Source: the human T2T-CHM13v2.0 reference genome, Homo sapiens
Length of the DNA: 64,000 nucleotides
Strand: one strand, 5' to 3'
NCBI RefSeq assembly: GCF_009914755.1
Contig: NC_060933.1
Positions 28,257 through 42,858 of the stretch are shown one piece after another. Made by a program: the position numbers and the translations under genes. The notes below the pieces were generated by a model that saw only the letters and a program-made list of their open reading frames with translations, was not told the origin of the DNA and did not search any database. Each line of letters starts with the position of its first letter. The first letter of the stretch is position 1.

Positions 28257-30550
28257 TGATATGATTTGCCTGTGTCCCCACCGAAATCTCATCTTGAATT
28301 GTAACTCCCACAATTCCCACGTGTTGTGGGAGGAACCCGGTGGGGGGTGATTGAGTTATGAGGGCAGGTCTTTCCTGCACTGTTCTTGTGAGTGAGTGAG
28401 TCTCATGGGATCTGATGGCTTTAAAAACAAGAGTTTGCCTTCACAAGCTCTCTTTGCCTGCTGCCATCCATGTAAGATGTGACTAGCTCCTCCTTGCCTT
28501 CTACCATGATTGTGAGGCTTCCTGAGCCATGAAGAACTATAAGTCCAGTTAAACCTCTTTCTTTTGTAAATTGCTCAGTCTCGGATATGTCTTTATCAGC
28601 AGCATGAACACAGATTAATACAGTAATTTGGTACTGTCAGAGTGGGGTGCCACTGAAAAGATACACAAAAATGTGGAAGTGACTTTGGAACTGGGTAACA
28701 GGCAGAGATTGGAACAGTTTGGAGGGATAAGAGGAAGGCAGGAAAATGTGGGGAAGTTTGGAACTCCCTAGAGACTTGTTGAATGGCTTTGAATGAAACA
28801 CTGATAATGATATGGACAATGAAATCCAGGCTGAGGTGGTCTCAGATGGAGATGAGAAACTTGTTGGGATCTGGAGCAAGGTGTTTCTTATTATGTTTTA
28901 GCAAAGAGACTGGTGGCACTTTGCCCCTGCCCTAAAGATTTGTGGAACTTTGAACTTGAGGGATGATTTAGGGTATCTGACGGAAGAAATTTCTAAGCGG
29001 CAAAGCATTCAAGAGGTGACTTGGGTGCTGTTAAAAGCATTCAGTTTTATAAGGGAAGCAGAGCATAAATATTCAGAAAATTTGCAGCCTGACAATCCAG
29101 TAGAAAAGAAAATCCCATTTTCTGAGGAGAAATTCAAGCCAGCTGCAGAAATTTGCATAAATAACGAGTAATGTTAATCCACAAGACAATGGGGAAAATG
29201 TCTCCAGAGCCTCTTAGAAATCTTCACAGCAGTCCCACCCATCACAGTCCCGGAGGCCTAAGAGGAAAAAATAGTTTCATGGGCCAGGCTCAGGGTCCTC
29301 ATGCTGTCTGCAGTCTAGGGACTTTGTTCCCTTTGTCCCAGCCACTCCAGCTGTGACTAAAAGGGGCCAAGATACAACTCAAGCTGTGGCTTCAGAGGGT
29401 GCAACCGCAGGCCTTGGCAGCTTTCACATGGTGTTGAGCCTGCAGGTGCACAGAAGTAAGAATTGAGGTTTGGGAACCTCCACCTAGATTTCAGAGGATG
29501 TATGGAAACACCTGGATGTCCAGGCAGAAGTTTGCTACAGGAGTGGGGCTCTCATGGAAAACCTCCGCTGGGGCAGTGCAGAACAGAAATGTGGGGTGGG
29601 AGCCCCCACCCAGAGTGCCCCCTGGGGCACTACCTAGTGGAAATGTGAAGAGGGCCACCATCCTCAGGACCTCAGAATGGTAGATCCACTGGCAGCTTGC
29701 ACTGGAAAAGGTGCAGATACTCAATGCCAGCCCATGAAAGCAGCCAGGAGGGGAACTATACCCTGCAAAGCCACAGGGACAGAGCTGTCCAAGACCATGG
29801 GAACCTACCTCTTGCATCAGTGTGACCTGGATGTGAGACACGGAGTAAAAGGAGATCACTTTGAAGCTTTAATATTTGATTGCCCATTGGATTTTGGACT
29901 TGCATGGGGCCTGCAGCCTCTTCATTTTGGCCAATTTCTCCCATTTGGAATGGCTGTATTGACCCAATGCCTGTATCCCCATTGGATCTAGGAAGTAACT
30001 AACTTGCTTTTGATTTTATAGCCTCATAGGCAGAAGGGACTTGACTTGTCTCAGATGAGACTATGGACTTTGGACTGTGGACTTTTGAGTTAACAGTGAA
30101 ATGAGTTAAGACTTTGGGGGACTGTTGGGAAGGCATGATTGGTTTTGAAATGTGAGGACATGATATTCTGGAGGGGCCAGGGGCACAATGATATCGTTTG
30201 GTTGTGTCCCACCCAAATTTCTTCTTGAATTATAACTCCCACAATTCCCACATGTCATGGGAGAAACCTGGTGGGAGGTGATTGAATTATGGGGGCAAGT
30301 ATTTTCTGTGCTGGTCTTGTGATAGTGAATGAGTCTCATGAGATCTGATGGCTTTAAAAAGAAGAAAAACAAGTTTTCTGTCTGCCTGCTGCCATCCATG
30401 TAACATGTGATTTGCTTCTCCTTGCATTCTGCCATGATTGTGAGGCTTTCCCAGCCAGCTAGAACTATAAGTCCAATTAAACCTCTTACTTTTACAAATT
30501 GCTCAGTCTCAGGTATGTCTTAATCAGCAGTGTGAAAATGGATTAATACA
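28257..30550 (+). mobile_element. Full-length THE1 (THE1B/C-like): LTR 28257-28622, internal region, LTR 30189-30550
   Basis: Two homologous LTRs (TGATAT...TAATACA) with a purine tract before the 3' LTR. Perfect TSD AATTC at 28252-56 and 30551-55. Confidence 0.95.
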
Positions 30551-30800
30551 AATTCTCTCTTGGCACTGAGCTGTGATGCCTGGGGGAAGGAGTAATGCAA
30601 GCAAACTGAAACTATTCTTCTTACTCTATTAAATGTATTCATTCTTGAAAATTTGCTTTAACAGGGTGCTGGGATATCTCTCTAGATGTTTAGGATCCCA
30701 CAAAGATACTACCCTCTGTGGATTGTTATCAATATTGATGTTTTTACAGGGGAAAGAAGATAGAGACTCCTACTCTGCTATTCTGTTCATGTCACTCTGG

Positions 30801-32515
30801 ATTCCCCAATTTTTACTTCTCTGAGAAAGTCTTTATTTCTTCTTTACATTTGAAGAAATTTTTTTTGAGAATACAGAATTCTAAGTTTGTTTCTTTTTTC
30901 TCTCAACAATTTAAACATTTCACTCCACTCTCCTCTAGCTTGCATGTTTTCAAAGAAGAAGTTGGGTGTAATTCTTATCTTTGTTACTCTATGGGAAAGT
31001 TAGTTATTTCTTCAGGATTCTTTTAATATTTTTATTTATGTTTGAGTTTCCAAAGTTTGAATATGATATGAGTGGATGTAGTTTTTTGTTGTTATTTATC
31101 TTGCTTAGTTTTTTTTTCTCTCAAGTTCTTGGATCTGTGGTTTATAGTTTGATGCCATATTGGGGGAAATGCTCATTTATTAGTGCTTCAAATATTGCTT
31201 CTATTACCTTCACTGTTTCTTATCATTCTGGCATTCCCATAACATGTAAGTTACATCTTTTGTAGTTGTTGCACAGTTCTTGGATAGTCTGTTCCATTTC
31301 TTTTAAGACTTTTCTCTTTGTTTCATAGTTTTGGAAGTTTCTATCTATGTATTTCCAAGCGAAACTCAGATACTCTTTCCTCAGTTATATCTTCTACTAA
31401 TAAGCCCATCAAAGGTATTTTTCATTTTTGTTACAATGGTTTTTTTGTACACTCTAGCATTTTTAATATTCTTTTTTATAATTCTCATCTCTCTACTTGC
31501 ATTATCTATTAGATTTTGTATGTTGTCTACTTCTTCTACTAGATTTCATTGCATGGTAATCATACTTCTTTTAAATTCATGATGTGATAATTCTAACATC
31601 ACTGCTGTATTTGTGTCTGGTTCTCACGTTGTTCTATCTCTTCAAACTGTGTTTTTGCATTTTAGTATGTCTTGTAACTTTTCCTTGAAAGGTGGACATG
31701 ATGTACTGGATAAAAGGAACTGCAGTCACTAGGCCTTTAGTGATGTGGTAGTAAAGTGTGAGGTAGGGGAATTGCTCTGCAGTCCTATGATTAGGTTTCA
31801 GATTTTTATAGAGTCTGTGCTAATAGGCTGTGAACTTCACAAATGCTTCTCAGTTTGTTCTTTTTTCACCTCATTAGATGGTACAGGATGGCCATAGGGG
31901 ACTGGAGTGGGGTAAATCTCTGCCTCCACAGGAAAAGCTAGAATAGCTGCAGTTGAATATTTTTCTTCTTTCAGGTGAATCAGGCTCTGATAAAAACCCA
32001 ATAGGTTGGGCTCTGGTAAAATAATTTTTTTGAAGGCAGGCTTTGTTAACAGGAACAGGTTGCCATGGTGCATTTCAAAATGATTTCTTTCCTCCTCCTC
32101 TTGCAGGAAGCCAAAGTAGATTTTTCTCTGATCTTCACTGTGAGAACCTGGTAGAGGTCTTGGAGGTAGAACTCACAAAACTGTTAGGGTTGTCCTATAA
32201 ATGGGTCCACCTGGAGTTTTCATCTCTCATACTTGTCTATTCTGAGCCTCCAGCAATTTGTGAACTACAGTTCAGCTTTTCCTGCATTGGTACTGGTTCC
32301 TATGAAGGTGGGTTTCTGCTCTGGTAAGTTGTGATTCTCTGTATTCATCAACTTGTCTCTCCAATTTTGGGGGCAGTGGTGTGAACTGTGACTTCACTTT
32401 TCTAACACACCTAAGAAGAATTGTTGATTTTTCAATTTGTTCTGAATTTTTTTTCTTGTTAGGATAGAATGCTGACTTCTATGTTCCTGACATGCCAGAT
32501 AAGAAACTGTAGGCC
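30801..32515 (-). mobile_element. L1MC, right half (ORF1 region and 5'UTR)
   Basis: ATTCCCCAATTTTTACTTCTCTGAGAAAGTCTTTATTTCT continues the recalled L1MC consensus where 17982 stops. Ends near GACATGCCAGATAAGAAAC. Confidence 0.78.
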
Positions 32516-35500
32516 TTACTAGTATTTTTTAATCTAATCATATTTTCCAGAGAAGACTCTTCCAACCTCCAGCATAGAGACTAAAAGCCTGTATCCCAAT
32601 ATTTTGGGAGCTGACTGACAAAAATGGACTGAAGGATCCTGGAATACAGTATTCACTTTTCACTTAACTGCCCTGCTTTCTCATCAAGAGGAGTTGCATC
32701 TTCCTGTCCAGAGAGCCCTTTGAATTGCCATTTCCAGATAATGTATCAGTGTTTGCCATGATATATGGGTAGAGATAGTTAACTTTCTGAATTCAGCAAG
32801 ACTGTTCTCTCTTTTAAACAGATATTAAACCAGGTTTTCTTACTTTAGTCACTATATCTTTACTTCCGTTTCTATAGATTCTTGATGCCCCCAACACTTG
32901 ATTGGTAATTTTTCAGTGTGAATCAGGTTGATTATTGATTTTGCCCTCCAACACTTGCTTAGCACTCAGTTTTCTCAGTTCTTTCTCAGACGTCTGCTTT
33001 TTAGCTTCTAACGCTTTGTTTCTATTGTCTCCTTTCCTATTCTCCCCAAGTCCTCTGGGTTTATATCTTAAAAGTCCCTTTATTGTAATTTTAATGGGGT
33101 TTAGGAAAGTAGTGAAAGTTGATGTTCATTTTTAATCATTTGTCTTTACTTGGAAGGTAATTTCAAATTATGTCAAAATAATTTAACCATTATAATCAAT
33201 ATTTTAAATGTCATGTAGGAATATTCCAGGAATAATTATATATTAAGAACTGGTAGAAGCTAAGATGATTAAGAAGAGTGATGAATATAATTTTATATGG
33301 ACATGATATACCTTGTTTTAAAGATTATCTACATTTGTATTGCCCAGCAGAGATGTTTTTGTTAATTTAATGTTGCCATTATCAGGACAAATGTATCATC
33401 ATTCAGATATCTCCTTAAACATTATCTACTGAAATAAATCTTTCATTCATTCATCAAACATGTATTGATTTCCTACTATAAGCCAAGTATTGTTTAAGGA
33501 TTAGGGGATAGAAATAAAGAGTATATCACATCTAAAATATATTAAAGACTTCTAAATGTACAACTATAATATAATGAACTAAGTGAAAAGTAAGATTTTT
33601 CTTCATTTCCCCAGGTGGTAGATTCCTGCTGTTACTAAATTCTTAATCGTCATTATACATTTCACCTCCTGTGCACACTGCTCCTTTATTTCCTTATATT
33701 GCCTGTTAGACACCACCCTGATTAGATTCCTTCACTCCCAAGTTAATATTTTTTAAAGTCTTTCCACTGGATATACTTTACTGAAGATTATCTGATACCC
33801 AAGAGAGGGATTAACATGCCATGCAACACAGCAGAGCATACAACTCAAATTTATGTTAGATATCCTTTTTGTTAAATACCCCTTTGCCATTTCAAACAAT
33901 GTTACCTTCTCACTGATTGGTTCACCTCATCAGTCCCTGGACTTCAATTTTACTGCAGGACTCTTCCTTCTGTTTCTTTTTAGTTCTTCAAAAATTATCT
34001 GGGTCTCTTATGTAGAACAATTCAATTTTCTTCAATAAATTCTGGGCCCATGTTTGTGTATTAGCCAGAGTAGGCTGATATCATTGGTTTAATAAAATAA
34101 ATATTTAATATTTATAGTTTGCTGTGGGTTCATAGAGAGGCTTCGTTTCGTGTAGTCATTCAGGGTGCCTGAACAAAGGTAAAAAAATACTTGAAGGGTA
34201 GCCCAGGAAATTACTGGACTGAGCCTGAAAGTATCATTTATCAGATCCTCTTACATTTCACTGTCCAGAACTCATTCATATGTCCCCACTTAACTGCAAG
34301 AGAGGTGAAATGAAATACTCTTTGATGAATGTATAGAATTCTTTCTGCCACACTTAAAAAAATACTAGGTTGATTTGCAAAATAAAAGCCTGATCTGAAT
34401 TATACTTTATTTTACTGGAATTTTAGTAAACTTTTTTTCTTGTACATGAGTTTTTCATCTTACGTAGGCCTTCCTGTCTGAGATGATAATCCCAACCCTT
34501 AAAGGAGAAGAGGCTCCTATTAATTATGGTTTTTTGTTTCATTTTCTGTTTATTTTAGTGACATGTACTGCCCTGTTTATTACATCTATACTTAGTCAAG
34601 TTCGTACAATGTGCATATATAATTTACTATTTAAAAATTTTTACTAATAATACTTGAGGAATTTTCTTCTCATGGGTTGATCTTATCTACTGTACTCTAA
34701 CGTGATACTAGATGCTTTTAATTCTGATTTTAACCACTAGGATCAATGTTAGGTCAATGTCTCTGGAGCTTGTTGACTGCAGCAGAAAATCTGTCCCTAC
34801 ATTTTGTGAAACCCCACTTTTCTTCATTGTTCCCTTAGGATTCCCTACTCATCGTTTCCAGCTTGTCAGCTACTTTCTTTATTTTTATTTCATATTGGTT
34901 TTCAAGTTATTCCCTTTAGCTACCTTGACTTATCACTGTTTTTTTTTAAACTTTGATTGCTCCTCATGTTTCTATAATCAGCTGGATGGTTGTTTTTTAC
35001 TGCTTATACATTTAGTCCCTTAAAGTGAAAAAAGTTAATGAGTACTTCAGTTCCTTCCATTTGCTCCGCATTCCCTGACCTTCCTGTTAATTTTAGTCTC
35101 CCAGTGTGTTGTACACATTATAGTTGTATTTTGTACAACTTTACTTTTCAGCATTTTAATATGTGAATCAGTCTTTGAATTCATCTTTTGTTTTGTTGTC
35201 ATGTGACAGTCTTTATAAAGAAGTTTTGGAATCAGCAATGCTACTCCTTAAATTATATAATAAATTAAGGTTGCATAAACTGAGTTCAGGAAGGGTTTTC
35301 TGTAACTATAGTATGGTTTGAGGAGAGTATAATTCAAATAATCTAGGAAAAACAATAAAATGTTTTATTCAAATTTGGATTGATATAAAATATTTTTCAA
35401 ATGCAGCAATTTTAATAAATAGATTAGTTTAGAGGCTAGCTACTGGTCTGTTGCTATTTCTGATGGGTTAGTCTCTTTTTTAGCTAATGGGTTAATATGG

Positions 35501-36010
35501 GTGAGCTTATTAGAGTTACCAATGCAATAAAATCCAAACTTTTACTTTTGAGGTAGGAGGAAATATGTTTAAAAAACAAACGTTTTTGTTGGCAATTATC
35601 ATTGTATAATGAATACTCTCTTTGAAGGATATGGATGGAGAACTGTTTCTTGCTTAGTAAATTTGTGGAGTAGTTAACACTTTTGTATTCTTGACAGTAA
35701 TAGGTATGTAAGCTTTCCTGTCTCCAGTGTTCTAGGAATTGTCCCTCCCCGCCACCACAGGGATGGGTGATGAGCACATTACCAAGGTATGGCCAATTAG
35801 TTTGGCCATTTTGATTGTTTTATAGAGAAATGTATAATCCAGGCATGGCCTATTAGAGTTACCATGATGCCTGAAATTTTCAGAGAAAATTACTTTCCCT
35901 CTCATACTCCTAACCCCCTCTAGAGTTGCAGTAGGGACCATGTAAGTTGGGGAGCTGCTGGAAGTTCTTACTACCATCACCCAGTGATCCCCTTTCTAAG
36001 GACAAAACAG

Positions 36011-36188
36011 GGGGAAGTGTGGGAGGCAGGTGAGGGATAAAAGACTACATAACGGGTACAGCGTACACTGCTCAGGTGATGGGTCTACCAAAATCTCAGA
36101 AATCACCACTAAAGAACGTATCCATGTAACCAAAAACCACCTGTTCCCCAAAAACTATTGAAACAAAACAAAACAAACAAACAAACAG
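36011..36188 (+). mobile_element. L1PB-like 3' end inserted in an old MLT1-like LTR (~35700-36370)
   Basis: GGGATAAAAGACTAC...CACCACTAAAGAACGTATCCATGTAACC followed by an (AAAC)n tail. Confidence 0.8.
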
Positions 36189-36399
36189 AATGAGGAAAAC
36201 AGCTGCAAAAGGGAGAGATAGAAAGAAAATTTCTTGATGGCATTTTTGAAGCCCTGTATCTAGTTGTGTCTGAAGTTAGTCACCTATCAGATTTCTCGGA
36301 AAAGTAATTCATTAAGTTACATCGTAATTTCAGCTAGTTTTGCTTCAGTTTCTTTCACATACTACTAAAAGTGCCCCAACTGAACCAGTAGACTACCTA

Positions 36400-36500
36400 G
36401 ATTATATATATATATTAATATGTATCTATAGATGTAGTCATCTATCTATATCTATGTCTATATAGATATCTATCTACATCTATGTCTAGATCTATATATA
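36400..36500. repeat. (TA)/(TCTA) low-complexity tract
   Basis: Directly visible. Confidence 0.8.
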
Positions 36501-36599
36501 ATGTCGTAAAATAAAAATATTCATTTAGAAGGGTAAGAAAGGGTCATTTCTATATTACTCACCATTCTATCTCTATCATATATCATGGTGACTGCACAT

Positions 36600-37525
36600 A
36601 GACATATATCATATTACTCCCCAATTTGATCTTGAGGTCTCTCTCTACAGAGTGGCTATAAGCTCTAGCCCTACCCTTACAAGGCTCCAGGGGATGTGGT
36701 TGTGGGTTTTACAATGTGTCTTTCATAGGATTCTCCTTTATCTTAGCAAACAGCCTAATGCCTAAGTGTCCAACCCATGGCCCCATGTCCCTCTCATAGT
36801 AAACTTGTTTATGAGGGCAAATATAACAATTTATGGGGATAAACTGGCAAATGTCCTTGTGGCTCTTGTCTGAGCTGTGTCCAGTTTATTCCTGCCAAAA
36901 CAGCCACTATCTAGGAGAGCATTGACTAGGAGGCAAGTTAGGTCTGGGTGTGTCGGTCTGAGGAGACACAGAGGAGGCAACATAATAAAAACACATGAAA
37001 TATTAATAACACAAGTGGTTTATTACTCGCAGATCCATGAGAGAAAAGGTGTACTTATGAAGGTAATGGGAATGTTCCTGAAGAAATAAGCTCAACCAAC
37101 AGGTTGGGAGCCAGAGAGAGATGAATCTACCGGCTGAGGCATTTACTGGGGTCTAGGACATTACCTAACTATGTTTCCTGTGGGGAGTGCTAATGAGTTG
37201 GTGAGGTTAAGGTAAGCAGGTACAAGTTTCATGGAACTATGCTGTGACTGACAGTGGTCACTGAAGCATATCTGCACAGTTTATGCAGGTTGTGGGGCTC
37301 AGTAGGGGAAGTTAAGTATTTTGTATCTGTATATAGTATAGGATGATGGTCACCAGGAGATGGTTGGATAAAGCAGATATCCAGATAAACCATATTGAGA
37401 AGATGGGAGGAGACAGAGAAGTAGAAACTGTGTCAAGGGTGAATAAACCCTGTTTCTGGTATGAGCAAGTTAAACCTAGATCCAGAATGAATGCCAAGAC
37501 AGGATATAATTTTAGAAGTTACTAC
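36600..37525 (-). mobile_element. ERVL-class solo LTR (MER74/MER54-like)
   Basis: LTR-like composition with a minus-strand poly(A) signal near 37018-37024. Family assigned from memory only. Confidence 0.5.
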
Positions 37526-37759
37526 AACATGTTTAATAAATATTCATGAATGAACAAATAATCTAACTAGTCCAATTTATTGGGCCCCTGTTTTGTGTGA
37601 AGTCCTATCTTAGGAGAGAGTAAAATAATAAAAAGAGTAAGAGACTTTGTCCTCTAGTTGATGATGTTATGCAAGCTTTGAGTTATAAGAAAAATGTAAG
37701 GTAGATTAAGAGAAGGGGCTAAAGGAAGTGAAAATTGTACATTGAAAAATAGCTAAGCC

Positions 37760-37990
37760 ATGAAAGGGCACTAGAGTTAGACTACCTGAGTTTGAATCAG
37801 TGCTCTATTCTTGTGAACTGTTTGATCTTGGATATATTACTTAAACCCAGTTTCCTTATCTGTAACAAAGGAATAATATTGTTACGTTCTTGATAGATTT
37901 TCTGTGAGGATAAGTCAAGATATTCTATTTAAAATGAGTTAAATGCCTAGGATATGTTAAGTGCTCAGTAACTATTGGCTATTTTTATTT
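37760..37990 (+). mobile_element. MIR
   Basis: GAGTTAGACTACCTGAGTTTGAATC...CAGTTTCCTTATCTGTAAC...AAGTGCTCAGTAA. Confidence 0.75.
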
Positions 37991-39683
37991 CAGGAAGCAA
38001 AGATGGGCAGAACATGATTTAAATATTAAGGAAAAGAGAATTGGAAGCAAAGTCACCCTGGGTATCTGAATATTTATTGTATTGCAAATCAACACCAACT
38101 ATCAAAAAAATGCCCACAAACGTAATTTAACATACAATATATAATCCAGCAAAATTTTAGTGTTGCACAGGTTAGATTTACACAATGATAGGTTTATTTT
38201 AGAGATTAGTTAAGACTTGAATCTTTGGTAGACAGGAGGGAAAAAAAGACCTCTACGTTATACTTAAAAAATTTTTAACAAGAAAGGACTTAGAGTTTAA
38301 AAACTTTGAGTGATAATTATAGTGTTGGATTTTATTAGATATTCTGCATGAGGAAAAAAGTGGATTAAAAAAGTACATTTAATTGTCTGCTAGGAGGTAG
38401 ATATGCAGAAGATTATTACATAGCTAGATGGAAAAGGACTTCTTGAGTCTTTACAATACTTAAAGATGATAAAATTTGATAGAATTTTATAGACTCATTC
38501 AGGAACAAATGCCTTTCTATGTCATAAAATGCTGTTTGTAATTACATTTTTTCCTAACTTTAATTCTTACCTCATGGTAAAATGGTAGTTACCTGTGGGT
38601 CTCTGGATACAAAGGAAAATGAAATCCCATTAATAGACATAAAGTAGCTTCATATATGTTTAACACTGCTGGTCTACACATTTCAAAAGCATGGGGGACT
38701 TCCACTTGATTCAAGGGTCTTATGGAGAAAATAAAACAGCATTGTATAGTAGAGGAAAGAACATACAAACAGATTAAAGCTATGTGACCTTGAACAAATT
38801 AACCTTTTTGAGCCCAAGGTTCCCTGTGAGTAGAAAGAAGATAACAATTATAGTGTCTTGTGAGGATTAAAGATAATATTTACAGAGAGAGAAATTTTTT
38901 GGCATATGGTAGGAGATCTAAGATAGATAAGTATGAATAAATAAAACTGTTGACACAAAATGTTAAGTAGCAACTTGCAAGATTTTGATAAATACTGATA
39001 GAGTCTTAGCTGATGTCATCACTAATGAATAGTTGTGTTCAGCACTGTGGCTTAATAATTTCATTGCCCCCGCCCAGTCCAGTGATACATGGATCAATGT
39101 TGACCAGACAGGGATTATGACAATGAAGCCAGCGTTCCATGCTTTCTCTTCTTCTCAGGCTATATGCCCTTTTTATTTAGCATGTAAAGGAAGCGTTAGT
39201 CTGCCCAGTTTTCCTTTCTTCTTAGTTCACTGAAAAGCTTCTTTACCTTCACAAAACTAGGTTCCTCAGGGGCATTCTCAATCTACTTCACACCATGGAA
39301 GGATGAAGCCTTCCTTAAGAGCTGCAAAATACATATTGGGATGTTAAAAGTAGTTACTTACTGGTTTTAAGGACTTTTTATTCGTTTAGATTTAAGCTGA
39401 TCAAATCCCCAAATTTAGATTTTAGCATATATGAGTTTATCCATTGGTCCAAGATTATCCTTAGAAGGTCACAACGTTTTATTTTCTTTGTCTCTTTTCC
39501 TTCCTTTTTGAGAAAAAGATTACTATATAAATGGTTTATTTACAAGAGTTTGAAACTTTTTTTAACTTTAGTCAGATATTCCTTCTTTTCTGTTTTTTTC
39601 TTTCTTTCTTTTTTTTTTTTTTTTTTACTTTTTTTCCTCATAAGAAACTTTTCAAAGCAGTCTGGCATTTAAAAAATATAAAT

Positions 39684-41090
39684 CTAGTTTACAGTCCCAC
39701 CAACAGTGTAAAAGTGTTCCTATTTCTCCACATCCTCTCCAGCACCTGTTGTTTCCTGACTTTTTAATGATCGCCATTCTACTGGTGTGAGATGGTATCT
39801 CATTGTGGTTTTGATTTGCATTTCTCTGATGGCCAGTGATGATGAGCATTTTTTCATGTGTCTTTTGGCTGCATAAATGTCTTCTTTTGAGAAGTGTCTG
39901 TTCATATCCTTTGCCCACTTTTTGATGGGGTTGTTTGATTTTTTTCTTGTAAATTTGTTTGAGTTCATTATAATTCTGGATATTAGCCCTTTGTCAGATG
40001 AGTAGACTGCAAAAATTTTCTCCCATTCTGTAGGTGGCCTGTTCACTCTGATGGTAGTTTCTTTTGCTGTGCAGAAGCTCTTTAGTTTAATTAGATCCCA
40101 TTTGTCAATTTTGGCTTTTGTTGCCGTTGCTTTTGGTGTTTTAGTCATGAAGTCCTTGCCCATGCCTATGTCCTGAATGGTATTGCCTAGGTTTTCTTCT
40201 AGAGATTTCATGGTTTTAGATCTAACATTTAAGTCTTTAATCCATCTTGAATGAATTTTTGTATAAGGTGTAAGGAAGGGATCCAGTTTCAGCTTTCTAC
40301 ATATGGCTAGCCAGTTTTCCCAGCACCATTTATTAAATAGGGAATCCTTTCCCTATTTCTTGTTTTTGTCAGGTTTGTCAAAGATCAGATAGTTGTAGAT
40401 ATGCGGCATTATTTCTGAGGGCTCTGTTCTGTTCCATTGGTCTATATCTCTGTTTTGGTACCAGTACCATGCTGTTTTGGTTACTGTAGCCTTGTAGTAT
40501 AGTTTGAAGTCAGGTAGCATGATGCGATTCCTCAGGGATCTAGAACTAGAAATACCATTTGACCCAGCCATCCCATTACTGGGTATATACCCAAAGGATT
40601 ATAAAACATGCTGCTATAAAGACACATGCACATGTATGTTTATTACGGCACCATTCACAATAGCAAAGACTTGGAACCAACCCATATGTCCAACAATGAT
40701 AGACTGGATTAAGAAAATGTGGCACATATATACCATGGAATACTATGCAGCCATAAAAATGATGAGTTCATGTCCTTTGTAGGGACATGGATGAAGCTGG
40801 AAACCATCATTCTCAGCAAACTGTCACTAGGACAAAAAAACCAAACACTGCATGTTCTCACTCATAGGTGGGAATTGAAGAATGAGAACACATGGACACA
40901 TGAAGGGGAACATCACACACCAGGGCCTTTTGTGGGGAGGGGGAAGGGGGGAGGGATAGCATTAGGAGATATACCTAATGTTAAATGACGAGTTAATGGG
41001 TGCAGCACACCAACATGGCACATGTATACATATGTAACAAACCTGCACATTGTGCACATGTACCCTAAAACTTAAAGTGTAATTAAAAAG
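39684..41090 (+). mobile_element. L1PA4/5-like element with twin-priming 5' inversion
   Basis: 39684-40525 is antisense ORF2; 40524-41090 is the sense 3' end. TSD core ATATAAATCT at 39676-85 and 41094-103. Confidence 0.94.
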
Positions 41091-41346
41091 AATATATAAA
41101 TCTTTGCTGCTATTTTTGAGGAAGAGGTAGGTCCAGAGCTCTGATTTTTCATCCCTATCATCTCCACAGCTTCTGCAGTACCTCCCAGGAACTACAGGTT
41201 TCAGGAAATACATTTTAAAACCTCCATGTTAGTGAAAAAAGAACTGGAATTCTTGAGACTTGATTTTTAGCATTAGTTCTACCATCAAATTTGTTTGTGT
41301 CACTGATAGGGTTAATTGTTTCATCTGTAAAACAAGCGGTTTAGAA

Positions 41347-41525
41347 CAGTGGTTCTCAATTTGGGCTGCGTATTAGCATCACCTGGGGAGTTTTAAAAAA
41401 ATCCTGATGCTTAGGCCTCACTCTATACCAATTAAATTAGAATCTCTGGGGCATGACCCAGGCAGCCGTATTTTTTAAAACCCTTCTAGGTGATTCTAAT
41501 GTGCAACCAGGTTTTAAAACCGCTA
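41347..41525. mobile_element. MER5-family (hAT-Charlie) MITE
   Basis: CAGTGGTTCTCAA...ATCACCTGG...GGTGATTCTAATGTGCAACCAGG. Confidence 0.8.
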
Positions 41526-42858
41526 GAGAATTTGTGAGCAATAACGTTCCCCAAGTCCATGAGTCTGTGCAGCATGTTTTGCTAGATGTCGTTAACATGT
41601 GCACAGAGTCCAGTATAAAGTGAGGATGAGGGATGAAGGTAGACATAAAGATGGAATCTGGAAAATGGTTTTTTAAAAAAATCCTAGTAGCTCTGTGTTT
41701 TGAGCAAACACTTTGTTATATCCCTGATGGGAATGATTTTAACTTCCTGTAAAATGAAGTTCTCAAATGGGAAATTAAATTTAAATGCAATGTTATTTTT
41801 ATACAAATAATATCGTTTGTTAATCTAATTAGCCAAGAATTATGCCTAAATATTTTATTCATAAAACAAATAGAAAAGGCAGGTTGACTACGGAAATATA
41901 AGATATGGTTAATATTCCTTAGTTGATGGTATAGATTTTAGGCATATTGAAGTAACATGTTGCTAACAATGAAAATCTCTGATACTTATATAGTGTAAGT
42001 TAAAAGTCCCTGCATCAAAAATGTTAAAAACAAACAAAACCCAGAATTACTGCAGTGTGCATATTGTCCATTATTAAAAACTATTGTTTCACAGTTTTCA
42101 AATTAGGAAACAAAAATTTACAGCATTGGTAAGCAATTGATCTTGGAACATATAAAAATTGGATGACATTATTCGTGCAACAATCTGCAAATGTCAAATG
42201 AATTTATTATGATTGGATAAATTATAGTGAATACTAAATAGTTTAAAAATGATAACACAGTTGGAATAAAATGATTGATATTAAGTATTTTAGATGCATA
42301 ACTAAACAGAAATGACTTTTCATTTTATTACCAAGGCCACTTACATATTTTTTCTCATATTTGTGCAGCTAATGAGCATTCAAGATTCATGTGCTTTAAT
42401 CTCCACTTTTTAACAGGGTAGTTCTTTTCTGAAAGTTGGTAACATTTAAATAAAAGAAAAAGTGCTGTTATCACTTGAGGCAAGACAATATATTAACAAT
42501 TTTACTACCTATTCTTTAGGCTTTTTTTTTTTTTCTGGGATAGATTTACCAAAAACGGAACAAAAAAAAATTTACACATTTTCTGGACAGAAAGGTCAGT
42601 CGGTCTTTTGTGTTTTTGTATTCTGGTCTCCTTACCCTAGAGAAAAATTCACACTAGCCTTTTCATGTGGAAGTGTCCTGAGGGGTTAGATAATATGCCC
42701 CAACATTGACAGGCTAGATTTTGACAATGTGGAATGGAGCCAGCAGCGGCATTGACCACTTCTCAATGAACCATGGTAACAAAGACAATGAGTTCTTTTA
42801 CCAATGATCATGAGTGACTGCTTGTTGAGAACATCCCAACTTCCTTCTTTTTTTCCAG

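Noticed and set aside
36400-36500. Self-complementary AT-rich tract as a structured RNA
   Set aside because: Explained by decayed TA/TCTA microsatellite.
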